Shown here: in pieces, positions 55,343 through 64,000 of the stretch
How the letters are laid out: each line of letters opens with the position of its first letter
How positions within the stretch are numbered: position 1 is the first letter of the stretch
Source of the DNA: an uncultured Actinomycetes bacterium
GTDB taxonomy: Bacteria; Actinomycetota; Actinomycetes; Streptosporangiales; Streptosporangiaceae
Length of the DNA: 64,000 bases
Direction: 5' to 3'
NCBI GenBank assembly: GCA_963813395.1
Contig: CAWEYV010000007.1
Coordinates: forward strand, 235,625-299,624
The notes under the pieces: model-generated
The model's input: only the letters and a program-made list of their open reading frames with translations
The model's database searches: none
Told to the model about the DNA's origin: nothing
Program-made: the position numbers and the translations under genes

Positions 55343-56433
55343 GGCCCGCCTCCGTCCGGGTGCCCGTCCAGGGCGGCCCAGCCGCCGGCCAGCTCGCCGG
55401 GGCCATCGCCACCGCCGTTACCGCCGGCGCCGTTCCCATCGGCGCCGGTGCCGTTCCCGTCCGTGCCGATCGCGTCGGTGCCCGCCGCCCGCGCCTTCTC
55501 CTCCGCCCGGGCGAGGCGGGCCAGGTCCAGGTCGCCGACGAACACCCGCTGGAGCATGTGCCAGTCCTCCGGGTGGGCGCGGATGCCGGCTTCAAAGACC
55601 TTGGCCACTTCCTGCATCATCGCCAGGACCTTCTCGCGCCTGGTGCCCTCGGCGGGCACGGGGATCTCCTCATGGATGTGCGCTCCCCAGCCATCCTCTT
55701 TGAACCAGAGCGTGACGGGCATCAGGGCCGCGCCGGTCTGCACGGCCAGCGCCGCGGGACCCCCCATCATCAGCGCCTTCTCCCCGAAGAAGTCCACCTC
55801 GATGCCGGTACCGGTCACGTCTCGTTCGGTCGGCAGGCAGACCAGGCCGCCCTGGCGCAGCCGCTGGGCGAGGATCCCGAACCGCGCCGTTCCGCCGGTC
55901 GCGGGCAGCACCTCGAACCCGAGTTGCTCCCGGAAGGCGAAGAACCGCCGGGCCAGCGACTCAGGCTCGAGCCGCTCGGCCACGACGGTGATCTTGGGCG
56001 CGCCCTCGGCGATGATCCACGCCCCGGCCTGGTCCCAGTTGCCCATATGCGGCAGGGCCATTACCACCCCGCGGCCCGTGGCGAGCGTCGCGAACATCGC
56101 GTCCTCGCCGGGAACAAAGCCCATCTGGTCCACGATCCGCTCGCGGCTGATCACCGGCAGCCGGAAGACCTCGAACCAGTACCTGGCGTAGGAGCTCATT
56201 CCCGCGCGGGACAGCGCGCGCAGTTCCTTGCCGGTCGCCTCCGGGCCGATGACCCGGCGCAGGTTCGCTTCGAGGACCTGAACCGCGGGCCCCTGCCTGC
56301 GCCAGGCGATCTCGCCCGCCTGCTGGAACACCCACCGGCCCCACGACTCGGGCACGCGGCAGACGAGCCACCAGCCAACCGCGTAGGAGATGGCGATCAG
56401 CCGTCCCTTGACCGCGGTCCACGCCTTACTCAT
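55339..56433 (-). CDS. patA: phosphatidylinositol mannoside acyltransferase (LpxL/HtrB-family lipid A biosynthesis acyltransferase-like, PatA)
   Basis: MSSYARYWFEVFRLP, VVMALPHMGNWDQAGAW (acyltransferase HX-type region), and the position between pgsA1 and pimA. ATG 56433 gives an 8-nt overlap with the pgsA1 stop. The upstream in-frame starts 56469 and 56487 cannot be excluded. A Gly/Asn/Asp-rich tail is present. Confidence 0.85.
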   Translation of the reverse strand: MSKAWTAVKGRLIAISYAVGWWLVCRVPESWGRWVFQQAGEIAWRRQGPAVQVLEANLRRVIGPEATGKELRALSRAGMSSYARYWFEVFRLPVISRERIVDQMGFVPGEDAMFATLATGRGVVMALPHMGNWDQAGAWIIAEGAPKITVVAERLEPESLARRFFAFREQLGFEVLPATGGTARFGILAQRLRQGGLVCLPTERDVTGTGIEVDFFGEKALMMGGPAALAVQTGAALMPVTLWFKEDGWGAHIHEEIPVPAEGTRREKVLAMMQEVAKVFEAGIRAHPEDWHMLQRVFVGDLDLARLARAEEKARAAGTDAIGTDGNGTGADGNGAGGNGGGDGPGELAGGWAALDGHPDGGGP

Positions 56434-57127
56434 GAGGTCTCTCCCGCTGGCGCTCTGCTCTGGGCTCATCCGGCGCTTCCCCGCCACCCGGGCGGCCGCG
56501 GCCCGCCGGTGCCGCGGACCGCGACTGGCTCGCGGCCCCGCGCCGGACGGCCGCTACCCGCTGCCCGAAGGTCACCACGGACAGCACCGCAAGCACCCAC
56601 AGCCCGATGGCAAGAACATACGGAACGCCGAGACCGGTCAGGCCCGCCGGGACCAGGGCAAGGAGCATCCGCTCGGTGCGCTCGGCGAAACCCACGTCGC
56701 AGGGGATGCCCAGCCCCTCCGCCCGCGCCTTGGCGTAGGAGATCAGGGCGCCTGCCACGAGGCAGAACAGCGCCACCCGGGCAAGGGGTTCCTGCCCCGT
56801 GCGCACGAGCCAGATGGTGAGCCCGGCGAAGACCGCCGCGTCCGCGATGCGGTCAAGGGTGGAGTCGAGGAACGCACCGAACGCGCCGCTCGTCCCCTTG
56901 ACCCGGGCCAGTACACCGTCGAGCATGTCGGCCAGGACGAAGCCGGTGCACACCATGGTGCCCGCGAACAGGTGGCCGGTGGGGAACAGCCATAGCGCCC
57001 CGGCGGCCACCCCGGCAGTGCCGATGATCGTGATCGCGTTGGGCGTGACCGGCGTGCGCGCGAGCAGTTCCGCGACCGGGGTCAGCACGCGGGCCAGGGC
57101 GGGCCGCAGCACGTTCAGCATGGCCAT
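56426..57127 (-). CDS. pgsA1: CDP-alcohol phosphatidyltransferase (phosphatidylinositol phosphate synthase PgsA1)
   Basis: ADMLDGVLARVKGTSGAFGAFLDSTLDRIAD matches the D-x2-D-G-x2-A-R...G-x3-D-x3-D signature. The protein is multi-TM and sits in conserved synteny with patA/pimA. Confidence 0.9.
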   Translation of the reverse strand: MAMLNVLRPALARVLTPVAELLARTPVTPNAITIIGTAGVAAGALWLFPTGHLFAGTMVCTGFVLADMLDGVLARVKGTSGAFGAFLDSTLDRIADAAVFAGLTIWLVRTGQEPLARVALFCLVAGALISYAKARAEGLGIPCDVGFAERTERMLLALVPAGLTGLGVPYVLAIGLWVLAVLSVVTFGQRVAAVRRGAASQSRSAAPAGRGRPGGGEAPDEPRAERQRERPHE

Positions 57128-57299
57128 CCGATCTTAGGGGATGTCCCGTGGACCCTCCGCCTGCTGCGCGACGGCAAGGATCCACCGGGCACACCCTACT
57201 GGCGCTGGCACACGCCGGGCGATTCTGGCCGGGGGCTTGTGGTCCGGTGGCCAGCGGGTAAAGGCTGGTCTAACGCAGCTGAACGGACAGGAGGCGACG

Positions 57300-59447
57300 A
57301 TGACGGACAGGAGAGCATCGACAGCAGCAGGCGGTGCACCAATGGCCGACCAGCCGGGAGGCGTTCGCAACGTCGCGCTGGTCGGCCATTCCGGTTCAGG
57401 GAAGACCACGCTGGTCGAGGCGCTGCTGGTCGCGACCGGTGCCATCCAGCGGGCGGGCCGGATGGAGGATGGCACGACCGTCAGCGACTTCGACGAGGTG
57501 GAGATCAGGCAGCAGCGCTCGGTCAACCTCACCCTGGCCCCGCTGGTGCACGCCGGCGTCAAGGTGAACTTGCTCGACACCCCGGGTTATGCGGACTTCA
57601 CCGGGGACCTGCGGGCCGGGCTGCGGGCGGCGGACGCGGCGCTGTTCGTCGTGTCCGCGACCGAAGGGGTCGACGGCCTGACCAGGATGCTGTGGGAGGA
57701 ATGTGCCGCGGTCGGGATGCCGCGCGCCGTGGTGATCACGAAGATCGACCATCACCGCGGCGACTTCAACCAGGCGCTGGACGCGTGCCGGGACGCGTTC
57801 GGCGACGCGGTGGCGCCGTTGTACCTGCCGGTTGGCGGCGCGGGCGCGGACCTCACGGGACTGATCGGGCTGCTGTCGGGCCGCATGTTCGACTATTCGA
57901 GCGGTACCCGCACCGAGCGGGACCCCGACCCGGCGGATGCTGACCGGATCGAGGAAGCACGGAGCGTTCTGATCGAGGGGATCATTCAGGAGAGCGAAGA
58001 CGAGAGCCTGATGGATGCCTACCTCGACGATCCCGCGTCCATCGACGCGAAGGGCCTGATCGAGGACCTGGAGAAGGCGGTCGCGCTCGGCACGTTCTAC
58101 CCGGTGCTCGCTGCCTCCGCGCCGCACGGGGTCGGCATGGAGGAACTGCTCGAAGTCATTACGCAGGCTTTCCCCTCGCCGGCCGAGCACCCGCTGCCCG
58201 CCGTCACGTCCGTGGACGGCAAGCCGGTGAGCGGCCTGTCCAGCGACCCCAACGGTCCGCTGCTGGCCGAGGTCGTCAAGACCAACTCCGACCCGTACGT
58301 GGGCCGGATCAGTCTGGTCCGTGTGTTCTCCGGCACGCTGCGGCCGGACACCGTGGTGCACGTGTCGGGTCACGGGCGGGCCGAGCGCGGCCACGCCGAC
58401 CATGACACCGACGAGCGCGTCGGCGCGCTGACCTCACCCCTCGGCAAGGTGCAGCGCCCGGTGGCGGACTGTCCCGCCGGGGACATCTGCGCGGTCGCCA
58501 AGCTGTCCACCGCGGAGAGCGGGGACACCCTCTCCAGCAAGGAGCAGCCGCTGCTGATGGAGCCGTGGAGCATGCCTGAGCCGCTGCTGCCCGTGGCGAT
58601 CACGGCCAAGTCCAAGGCCGACGAGGACAAGCTGTCCCAGGCGCTGTCCCGGCTGGTGGCCGAGGACCCGACGCTGCGCATGGAGAACAATTCCGAGACC
58701 CACCAGCTGGTGCTGTGGACCATGGGCGAGGCCCACACCGACGTGATGCTCGACCGGCTGTCGTCCCGGTACGGGGTCGCGGTGGAAAAGGTCGAGCTGC
58801 GCGTGCCGCTGCGGGAGACGGTCGCGGGCAAGGCGCAGGGGCTGGGCCGGAACGTCAAGCAGACCGGTGGCCACGGCGAGTTCGGCATCGCGCACATCGA
58901 GGTGGAGCCGCTGCCTTCCGGCTCCGGCTTCGAGTTCGTGGACAAGATCGTCGGCGGCGTGGTGCCGCGCCAGTTCATCCCGTCGGTCGAGAAAGGCGTG
59001 CGGGCCCAGCTGGAGCAGGGTGTCGTGGCCGGGTATCCCATGGTGGACATCAGGGTCACCCTGTACGACGGCAAGGCTCACTCGGTGGATTCCTCGGATA
59101 TGGCGTTCCAGAAGGCCGGCCGGGCCGCGCTGCGGGATGCCGCCGACAAGGCCAAGGTGTCGCTCCTTGAGCCGGTGGACGAGGTGTCGGTGATGGTGCC
59201 GGACGACTACGTCGGCGCGGTCATGTCGGACCTGTCGTCCCGGCGCGGCCGGGTGCTCGGTACCGAGCCCGTCGGCGGGGGCCGGACCATGGTCAAGGCG
59301 GAGATCCCCGAGCTCGAGATCACCCGCTACGCGATCGACCTGCGGTCGATGTCCCAGGGCACCGGCTCATTCACCCGGTCGTTCCTGCGCTACGAGCCGC
59401 TGCCGTCGCACCTGGCCGACAAGGTCGCGGCCGAAGCCAAGAGTTAA
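57300..59447 (+). CDS. elongation factor G-like GTPase (EF-G2 type)
   Basis: ATG 57300 lies 6 nt after AGGAGG. G1 is VALVGHSGSGKTTLVEAL, G3 is LLDTPGYADF, and G4 is VITKIDH. Domains II-V are recognisable (VKTNSDPYVGRISLVRVFSG; GHGEFGIAHIEVEPL; VDIRVTLYDGKAHSVDSS; ITRYAIDLRSMSQGTGSF). It is one of only four plus-strand genes in the window. Confidence 0.9.
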   Translation: MTDRRASTAAGGAPMADQPGGVRNVALVGHSGSGKTTLVEALLVATGAIQRAGRMEDGTTVSDFDEVEIRQQRSVNLTLAPLVHAGVKVNLLDTPGYADFTGDLRAGLRAADAALFVVSATEGVDGLTRMLWEECAAVGMPRAVVITKIDHHRGDFNQALDACRDAFGDAVAPLYLPVGGAGADLTGLIGLLSGRMFDYSSGTRTERDPDPADADRIEEARSVLIEGIIQESEDESLMDAYLDDPASIDAKGLIEDLEKAVALGTFYPVLAASAPHGVGMEELLEVITQAFPSPAEHPLPAVTSVDGKPVSGLSSDPNGPLLAEVVKTNSDPYVGRISLVRVFSGTLRPDTVVHVSGHGRAERGHADHDTDERVGALTSPLGKVQRPVADCPAGDICAVAKLSTAESGDTLSSKEQPLLMEPWSMPEPLLPVAITAKSKADEDKLSQALSRLVAEDPTLRMENNSETHQLVLWTMGEAHTDVMLDRLSSRYGVAVEKVELRVPLRETVAGKAQGLGRNVKQTGGHGEFGIAHIEVEPLPSGSGFEFVDKIVGGVVPRQFIPSVEKGVRAQLEQGVVAGYPMVDIRVTLYDGKAHSVDSSDMAFQKAGRAALRDAADKAKVSLLEPVDEVSVMVPDDYVGAVMSDLSSRRGRVLGTEPVGGGRTMVKAEIPELEITRYAIDLRSMSQGTGSFTRSFLRYEPLPSHLADKVAAEAKS

Positions 59448-59473
59448 CCACCCGTCCCCGGTCCGTGCTGCGA

Positions 59474-59526
59474 GGCCGTGGATGTGAGTTTGGTGCCCAT
59501 CTGAGGGCTCTTTCACATCCACGGCC
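59474..59526. terminator. 14-bp perfect inverted repeat between convergent genes (likely bidirectional terminator)
   Basis: GGCCGTGGATGTGA (59474-87) pairs with TCACATCCACGGCC (59513-26), with a 25-nt loop. A second short G/C hairpin, CCCACC...GGTGGG, follows. Confidence 0.55.
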
Positions 59527-59545
59527 CACCCGGGCGCCGGTGGGC

Positions 59546-60115
59546 TCAGCGCGCTGCTTGATCCTGGGGCCAGGCGGCCGCGATCAGGTCCCTGGTGTCA
59601 GCCAGAAGCTGCGGCAGCACCTTGGTGCCGGCGATGACCGGCATGAAGTTGGTGTCGCCGCCCCACCGCGGTACCACGTGCTGGTGCAGGTGCGCGGAGA
59701 TGCCCGCGCCCGCGACGCCGCCCAGGTTCATGCCGATGTTGAACCCCTGCGCGCCCGAGGCCGCCCGCAGGGCCCGCATGGCCCGCTTGGTGTGCTCGGC
59801 CAGCTCGGCGGTTTCCCCCAGGTCGAGGTCGGTGTAGTCGGCCACGTGCCGGTACGGGACCACCATGACGTGCCCCGCGTTGTACGGGTACTTGTTCATC
59901 ACCGTGTACACCAGTTCGCCGCGCGCGACCACCAGGCCCTCGGCGTCGTCGAGCTTCGGGATCCGGCAGAACGGGCACTCCTCCGGACCGTCGGTGGTGG
60001 CCCGGTTCTCGCCCTTGATGTAGGCCATGCGGTACGGCGCCCACAGCCGCCGGAATCCGTCGGGCACGCCCGCCCCATCGCGCTCGGCTGGCTCATCCGC
60101 TCCCGGGTTGGACAT
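59546..60115 (-). CDS. HIT-family protein (Ap4A phosphorylase-like; orthologous position to mycobacterial Rv2613c)
   Basis: CPFCRIP, VMNKYPYNAGHVMVVP, and the histidine triad SAHLHQHVVPRW. It lies directly downstream of thrS. Confidence 0.88.
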   Translation of the reverse strand: MSNPGADEPAERDGAGVPDGFRRLWAPYRMAYIKGENRATTDGPEECPFCRIPKLDDAEGLVVARGELVYTVMNKYPYNAGHVMVVPYRHVADYTDLDLGETAELAEHTKRAMRALRAASGAQGFNIGMNLGGVAGAGISAHLHQHVVPRWGGDTNFMPVIAGTKVLPQLLADTRDLIAAAWPQDQAAR

Positions 60116-60151
60116 GGTTGCAGCTTAGGACCCAGCGGACTAGGACCGCCT

Positions 60152-62149
60152 TCAGACCTGGACGCGCTCGGCGACCGCGGTCACGATCTCGGCGATCGCC
60201 TGGTCGATCGGCACGCCGTTCTTCTGCTCCCCGCTGCGGTACCGGAACGAGACCGCACCGGCGGCGACGTCGTCGTCCCCGGCCAGCAGCATGTAGGGCA
60301 CCTTCTGGCGCTGCGCGTTGCGGATCTTCTTCTGCATCCGGTCCGCGCTGTCGTCGACCTCGACCCGGATCCCCCGCTCGCGCAGCCGGGCGGCGACCTG
60401 GTCCAGGTAGGCCACGTGCGCGTCGGCGATCGGGATCCCCACCACCTGCACCGGCGCCAGCCAGGGCGGGAACGCACCCGCGTAGTGCTCGGTCAGGATG
60501 CCGAAGAACCGCTCGATGGAGCCGAACAGCGCCCGGTGGATCATGATCGGCTCCTGCCGGCTGCCATCCGGCGCCTGGTACTCCAGGCCGAACCGCTTGG
60601 GCTCGTTGTAGTCGAGCTGGATGGTGGACAGCTGCCAGGTGCGCCCGATCGCGTCCTTGGCCTGCACCGAGATCTTCGGCCCGTAGAACGCCGCGCCGCC
60701 CGGGTCGGCGACGAGCTCCAGGCCGGATTCCTCGGCGGCTTCGGCGAGCGACGCGGTCGCGTGCTCCCAGTCCTCGTCGCTGCCGACGAACTTCTCCTTG
60801 GCCTCGTCCCTGGTGGACAGCTCCAGGTAGAAATCGGAAAGCCCGTAGTCACGCAGCAGGTCGAGGACGAACGTCAGCAGGCTCTTCAGCTCGTCGCCGA
60901 CCTGGTCGCGGGCGCAGAAGATGTGCGCGTCGTCCATGGTGAGCCCGCGTACCCGGGTCAGGCCGTGCACGACGCCGGACTTCTCGAACCGGTACACGGT
61001 GCCGAACTCGAACAGCCGCAGCGGCAGCTCCCGGTACGACCGCCCGCGGGCCCGGAAGACCAGGATGTGGAACGGGCAGTTCATCGGCTTGAGGTAGTAC
61101 TCCGCGCCCTCCATCTGCATGGGCGGGAACATGTTCTCCTTGAACCAGCCCAGGTGACCTGAGGTCTCGAACAGCTCGGACTTGGTGATGTGCGGGCTGT
61201 TCACGAACTCATAGCCGGCCTCGAGGTGCCGCTGCCGCGAATACTCCTCCATGACCCGCCGGATGGTGCCGCCCTTGGGGTGGAACACGGCAAGCCCGCT
61301 GCCGATCTCGGTCGGGAACGAGAACAGGTCAAGCTCGGCGCCGAGCTTGCGGTGGTCGCGCCGCTCCGCCTCCTGAAGCAGGTGCAGGTAGTCGTCCTGC
61401 GCCTGCCGTGACTCCCACGCGGTGCCGTAGATCCGCTGCAGCTGGGGGTTCTTCTCGCTGCCCCGCCAGTACGCGCCGCCGGTGCGCATCAGCTTGAACG
61501 CCGGGATGTCCCGGGTGGTCGGCAGGTGCGGCCCGCGGCACAGGTCGCTCCAGCACACCGCGCCGGTCTTCGGGTCGAGGTTGTCGTAGATGGTCAGCTC
61601 GGGCCCGCCGACCTCGACGGCCTCGTCGTGATCGGCGGCCTTGCCCTTCAGCCCGACCAGTTCCAGCTTGTACGGCTCCTTCGCCAGCTCGGCCCGCGCT
61701 TCCGCCTCGCTGACCACCCGCCGGGAGAACCGCTGGCCCTGCTTGACGATCGCGCGCATCCGCGCCTCGATCGCCTTGAGATCGTCGGGGGCGAACGGAT
61801 GCTCCACATCGAAGTCGTAGTAGAAGCCGGCCTCGACCGGGGGGCCGATACCGAGCTTGGCCTCGGGAAACAGTTCCTGCACGGCCTGCGCCATCACGTG
61901 GGCGGTGGAGTGCCGCAAGATCGCCCGGCCGTCGTCGCTGGCGATCCCGACCCCGGCAACCTCGTCGCCGTCGGCCAGTGGCGCCGCCAGATCACGAAGC
62001 TCTCCATTGACCCGGGCGGCGATCACGGTGCTGGCGGGGGGTTCCCCGGCGGTTCCGTTCTGCATATGAAGGGCGCCGCCGGCGGTCGTGCCAGCGTCCA
62101 CCACAAGCTCGCGGCCGGCGAGGGTGATGTGAAGCTGCTGGCGTGACAC
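60152..62149 (-). CDS. thrS: threonine--tRNA ligase
   Basis: 665-aa ORF with a TGS domain start, the editing-domain [11 protein letters not shown], class II motifs [25 protein letters not shown] and [10 protein letters not shown], and the anticodon-binding [14 protein letters not shown] 62149 follows AGGAGAG. Confidence 0.96.
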   Translation of the reverse strand: MSRQQLHITLAGRELVVDAGTTAGGALHMQNGTAGEPPASTVIAARVNGELRDLAAPLADGDEVAGVGIASDDGRAILRHSTAHVMAQAVQELFPEAKLGIGPPVEAGFYYDFDVEHPFAPDDLKAIEARMRAIVKQGQRFSRRVVSEAEARAELAKEPYKLELVGLKGKAADHDEAVEVGGPELTIYDNLDPKTGAVCWSDLCRGPHLPTTRDIPAFKLMRTGGAYWRGSEKNPQLQRIYGTAWESRQAQDDYLHLLQEAERRDHRKLGAELDLFSFPTEIGSGLAVFHPKGGTIRRVMEEYSRQRHLEAGYEFVNSPHITKSELFETSGHLGWFKENMFPPMQMEGAEYYLKPMNCPFHILVFRARGRSYRELPLRLFEFGTVYRFEKSGVVHGLTRVRGLTMDDAHIFCARDQVGDELKSLLTFVLDLLRDYGLSDFYLELSTRDEAKEKFVGSDEDWEHATASLAEAAEESGLELVADPGGAAFYGPKISVQAKDAIGRTWQLSTIQLDYNEPKRFGLEYQAPDGSRQEPIMIHRALFGSIERFFGILTEHYAGAFPPWLAPVQVVGIPIADAHVAYLDQVAARLRERGIRVEVDDSADRMQKKIRNAQRQKVPYMLLAGDDDVAAGAVSFRYRSGEQKNGVPIDQAIAEIVTAVAERVQV

Positions 62150-62215
62150 GGCGCTCTCCTGTGCTTGTCGCTGAATCCATGGTTGCTGGTTGACAAATGC
62201 TATCGATGGTTAATC

Positions 62216-62241
62216 CCGCGCCGTACGAATAAACGGCGCGG
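62216..62241 (-). terminator. 9-bp stem-loop 12 nt downstream of the deaminase stop
   Basis: CCGCGCCGT (62216-24) pairs with ACGGCGCGG (62233-41), with an 8-nt AT-rich loop. An AT-rich stretch follows on the transcribed strand. Confidence 0.5.
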
Positions 62242-62252
62242 CCGAGGCGCGG

Positions 62253-63635
62253 TCAGCCGGAGAGGCGCTGGATCCGGGCGGCGGCGGCCGCGTGCCGGGC
62301 GAGCACGTCGCCGGCTCCGGGCACGGTCAGCGCGCCGTCCCGGACGAGGACCCGCCCGGCCACGACCGTGTGCCGCGCCGAGGTCGGCCCGCACCGCAGC
62401 CAGGCCTCCACCGGGTCGGTCAGTGCCCCGGCGAACCGCACGCCCTCCTGCGGCCAGCACACCAGGTCCCCGGCGGCGCCGGCGGTGAGCTGGCCGATCT
62501 CCCCGTCCCGGCCCAGGCACCCGGCGCCACCGCGGGTCGCCATGTCGAGCACCTCCCGGGCCGTCATGCCCGCGGGCCCGCGGCGCTGCCTGCCGAGCAG
62601 CAGCGCGCCACGCGCCTCCATCCACAGCGAGGCGCAGTCGGCCGACGAGGACCCGTCGCAGCCAAGGCCGACCGGGCTGCCGGCCGCGCGCAGTTCCCGT
62701 ACCGGCGCGAACCCCCCGCCGGCCAGCAGCATGTTCGAGCTGGGGCAGTGCGCCACCCCGACGCCCGCCGCGCCCAGCCGGGCGGCTTCGGCCTCGTTCG
62801 GGTAGATGCAGTGCGCGACCCAGGCACGCCCGGTCAGCCAGCCCACCTCGTCGAACTGCTCGACCGGCCGCCGGCCGAAGCGTTCCAGGCAGTAGGAGTC
62901 CTCGTCCGGGTCTTCGGCCAGGTGGGTGTGCAGCCGCACGTCGAGCCGTTCGGCCAGCTCGGCGGTGCGCCGCATGAGCTCGGGGCTGACGCTGAACGGG
63001 GAGCACGGGGCGAGGGCGACCCGCACCATGGCCCCCCAGCCGGGATCGTGATGCGCGGCGACCAGCCGCTCGCTGTCGGCGAGCACCTCGTCGTCGTCCT
63101 GCACCACCGAGTCGGGCGGCAGCCCGCCGTCCTTGACCGACAGCGTCATCGAGCCACGCGTCGGGTGGAACCGCAGGCCGACCTCACGCGCCGCGGCGAT
63201 CTCGGCCGACCACAGGTCACCGCCGCCGCTCGGCGCCACGTACAGGTGGTCGGTGCTGGTAGTGCAGCCGCCGAGGGCCAGCTCGGCCAGGCCCACCCAG
63301 GCGGACAGGTACGCGGCCTCCTCGTCCAGGCCGGCCCACAGCGGGTACAGGCCGGACAGCCACTGGAACAGCGTGCCGTTGACCGTGGGCGCGTACGACC
63401 TGGTCAGGTTCTGGTACAGGTGATGGTGGGTGTTGACCAGGCCGGGCGTGACCAGGCAGCCGCTGGCGTCCAGGGTCTGTGCCGCCGCGGGCGGCGGGTC
63501 GCCCGCCGCGCCGACCCCGCTGATCAGCCCGCCGGTGACCGCCACCCAGCCGCCGGCCAGTTCCCGCTGCTCCGCGTCGCAGGTGGCGACCAGCGTGGCC
63601 CCGGTCACCACCAGATCGGCAGGCGTGGTCACCAC
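62253..63635 (-). CDS. amidohydrolase-superfamily 8-oxoguanine deaminase-like protein
   Basis: PGLVNTHHHLYQNLTR (HxH metal motif), LFQWLSGLYPLWAGL, RFHPTRGSMTLS, LAPCSPFSVS, HTHLAEDPDEDSYC, AHCPSSNMLLAGG, and GCDGSSS. It overlaps the uricase stop by 7 nt. Confidence 0.85.
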   Translation of the reverse strand: MVTTPADLVVTGATLVATCDAEQRELAGGWVAVTGGLISGVGAAGDPPPAAAQTLDASGCLVTPGLVNTHHHLYQNLTRSYAPTVNGTLFQWLSGLYPLWAGLDEEAAYLSAWVGLAELALGGCTTSTDHLYVAPSGGGDLWSAEIAAAREVGLRFHPTRGSMTLSVKDGGLPPDSVVQDDDEVLADSERLVAAHHDPGWGAMVRVALAPCSPFSVSPELMRRTAELAERLDVRLHTHLAEDPDEDSYCLERFGRRPVEQFDEVGWLTGRAWVAHCIYPNEAEAARLGAAGVGVAHCPSSNMLLAGGGFAPVRELRAAGSPVGLGCDGSSSADCASLWMEARGALLLGRQRRGPAGMTAREVLDMATRGGAGCLGRDGEIGQLTAGAAGDLVCWPQEGVRFAGALTDPVEAWLRCGPTSARHTVVAGRVLVRDGALTVPGAGDVLARHAAAAARIQRLSG

Positions 63636-64000
63636 TGGTGCTCCGGGTCGCCGCCGCTCCGGCCCGCCCGCTGTACCGCCCCCTCGATCAGCCCGTAGGG
63701 GCGGTCCGCCGCGAAGAACACCGCACCGGGGTTGTCCAGGCCGAACGGGGCGAGATCCACCAGGAAGTGGTGCTTGTTGGGCAGCGACAGGCGCACCTCG
63801 CAGACCTCGGGACGGGCGGCGAGTACCGCCTCGCCCATCGCGTACAGGGTCTGCTGCAGGGACCGGCTGTGGGTGACGGCGAAGGCCTCCGTCAGTGCCG
63901 CCCGGGCGCCGCGGAACGACGCGTCCCAGTCGGTGTCTACGGATGCGATACGCCAGTGCGCCCGGACCGCGGTTGCCAGGATGCGATCGTCGGTGGGTTC
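63629..64000 (-). CDS. urate oxidase (uricase), partial (5' end beyond the right window edge)
   Basis: The frame is open from the window end (124 codons). Hand translation gives ...ALTEAFAVTHSRSLQQTLYAMGEAVLAARPEVCEVRLSLPNKHHFLVDLAPFGLDNPGAVFFAADRPYGLIEGAV, which is the uricase C-terminal signature region. Confidence 0.85.
   Translation of the reverse strand, partial: EPTDDRILATAVRAHWRIASVDTDWDASFRGARAALTEAFAVTHSRSLQQTLYAMGEAVLAARPEVCEVRLSLPNKHHFLVDLAPFGLDNPGAVFFAADRPYGLIEGAVQRAGRSGGDPEHQW

Noticed and set aside
62191-62216. TTGACA-N17-like TTAATC promoter look-alike on the plus strand in the thrS / deaminase spacer.
   Set aside because: It points into the 3' end of a minus-strand gene, with no plus-strand gene downstream. 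On the thrS strand I could not find a convincing -35/-10 pair, so no promoter is called.

Overview
This is a 64-kb chromosomal core segment of a visibly very GC-rich actinomycete (Actinomycetota; GC not computed). Gene order follows conserved mycobacterial/streptomycete housekeeping blocks: tyrS-mpg, argH-G-R-F-D-B-J-C, pheT-pheS, a PAS histidine kinase, a TrmH-family methyltransferase, rplT-rpmI-infC, aroE-mltG-ruvX-alaS, DUF6167/DUF948, rarA, aspS, relA-apt-secF-secD-yajC-ruvB-A-C-yebC-pdxT-pdxS, pimA-patA-pgsA1, and HIT-thrS, ending in a purine-catabolism pair (8-oxoguanine deaminase-like, uricase). I call about 55 protein genes, and all but four lie on the minus strand. By eye I found no rRNA, tRNA, CRISPR array, transposase, integrase or phage gene, and I do not see a convincing novel multi-gene system. 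The observations worth a second look are:
- About 20 single-base frame breaks, including in essential pheT and alaS. These are most simply assembly indel errors, although the MFS gene and the histidine kinase are hit unusually hard.
- Two families of dispersed intergenic repeats: hairpins bounded by CCATGATC...GATCATG, and a GC-rich element of about 100 bp with a GGGGTTCCGG core. There is also a degenerate 69-bp repeat upstream of a diguanylate cyclase gene and a perfect 23-bp tandem duplication.
- A textbook double ARG box overlapping a TTGCAT-N17-CATAAT promoter upstream of argC, and an ATC start codon for infC.
- Long low-complexity extensions in IF-3, MltG, ArgR and the DUF948 protein.
- A standalone Clp N-domain protein between pdxS and pdxT, and an EF-G2-like gene inserted on the opposite strand in the thrS-HIT-pgsA1 block.
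- A small non-syntenic island (lipoprotein, GGDEF cyclase, decayed MFS gene) between argC and pheT.
Most long plus-strand ORFs in the track are antisense shadow ORFs of GC-rich coding DNA.
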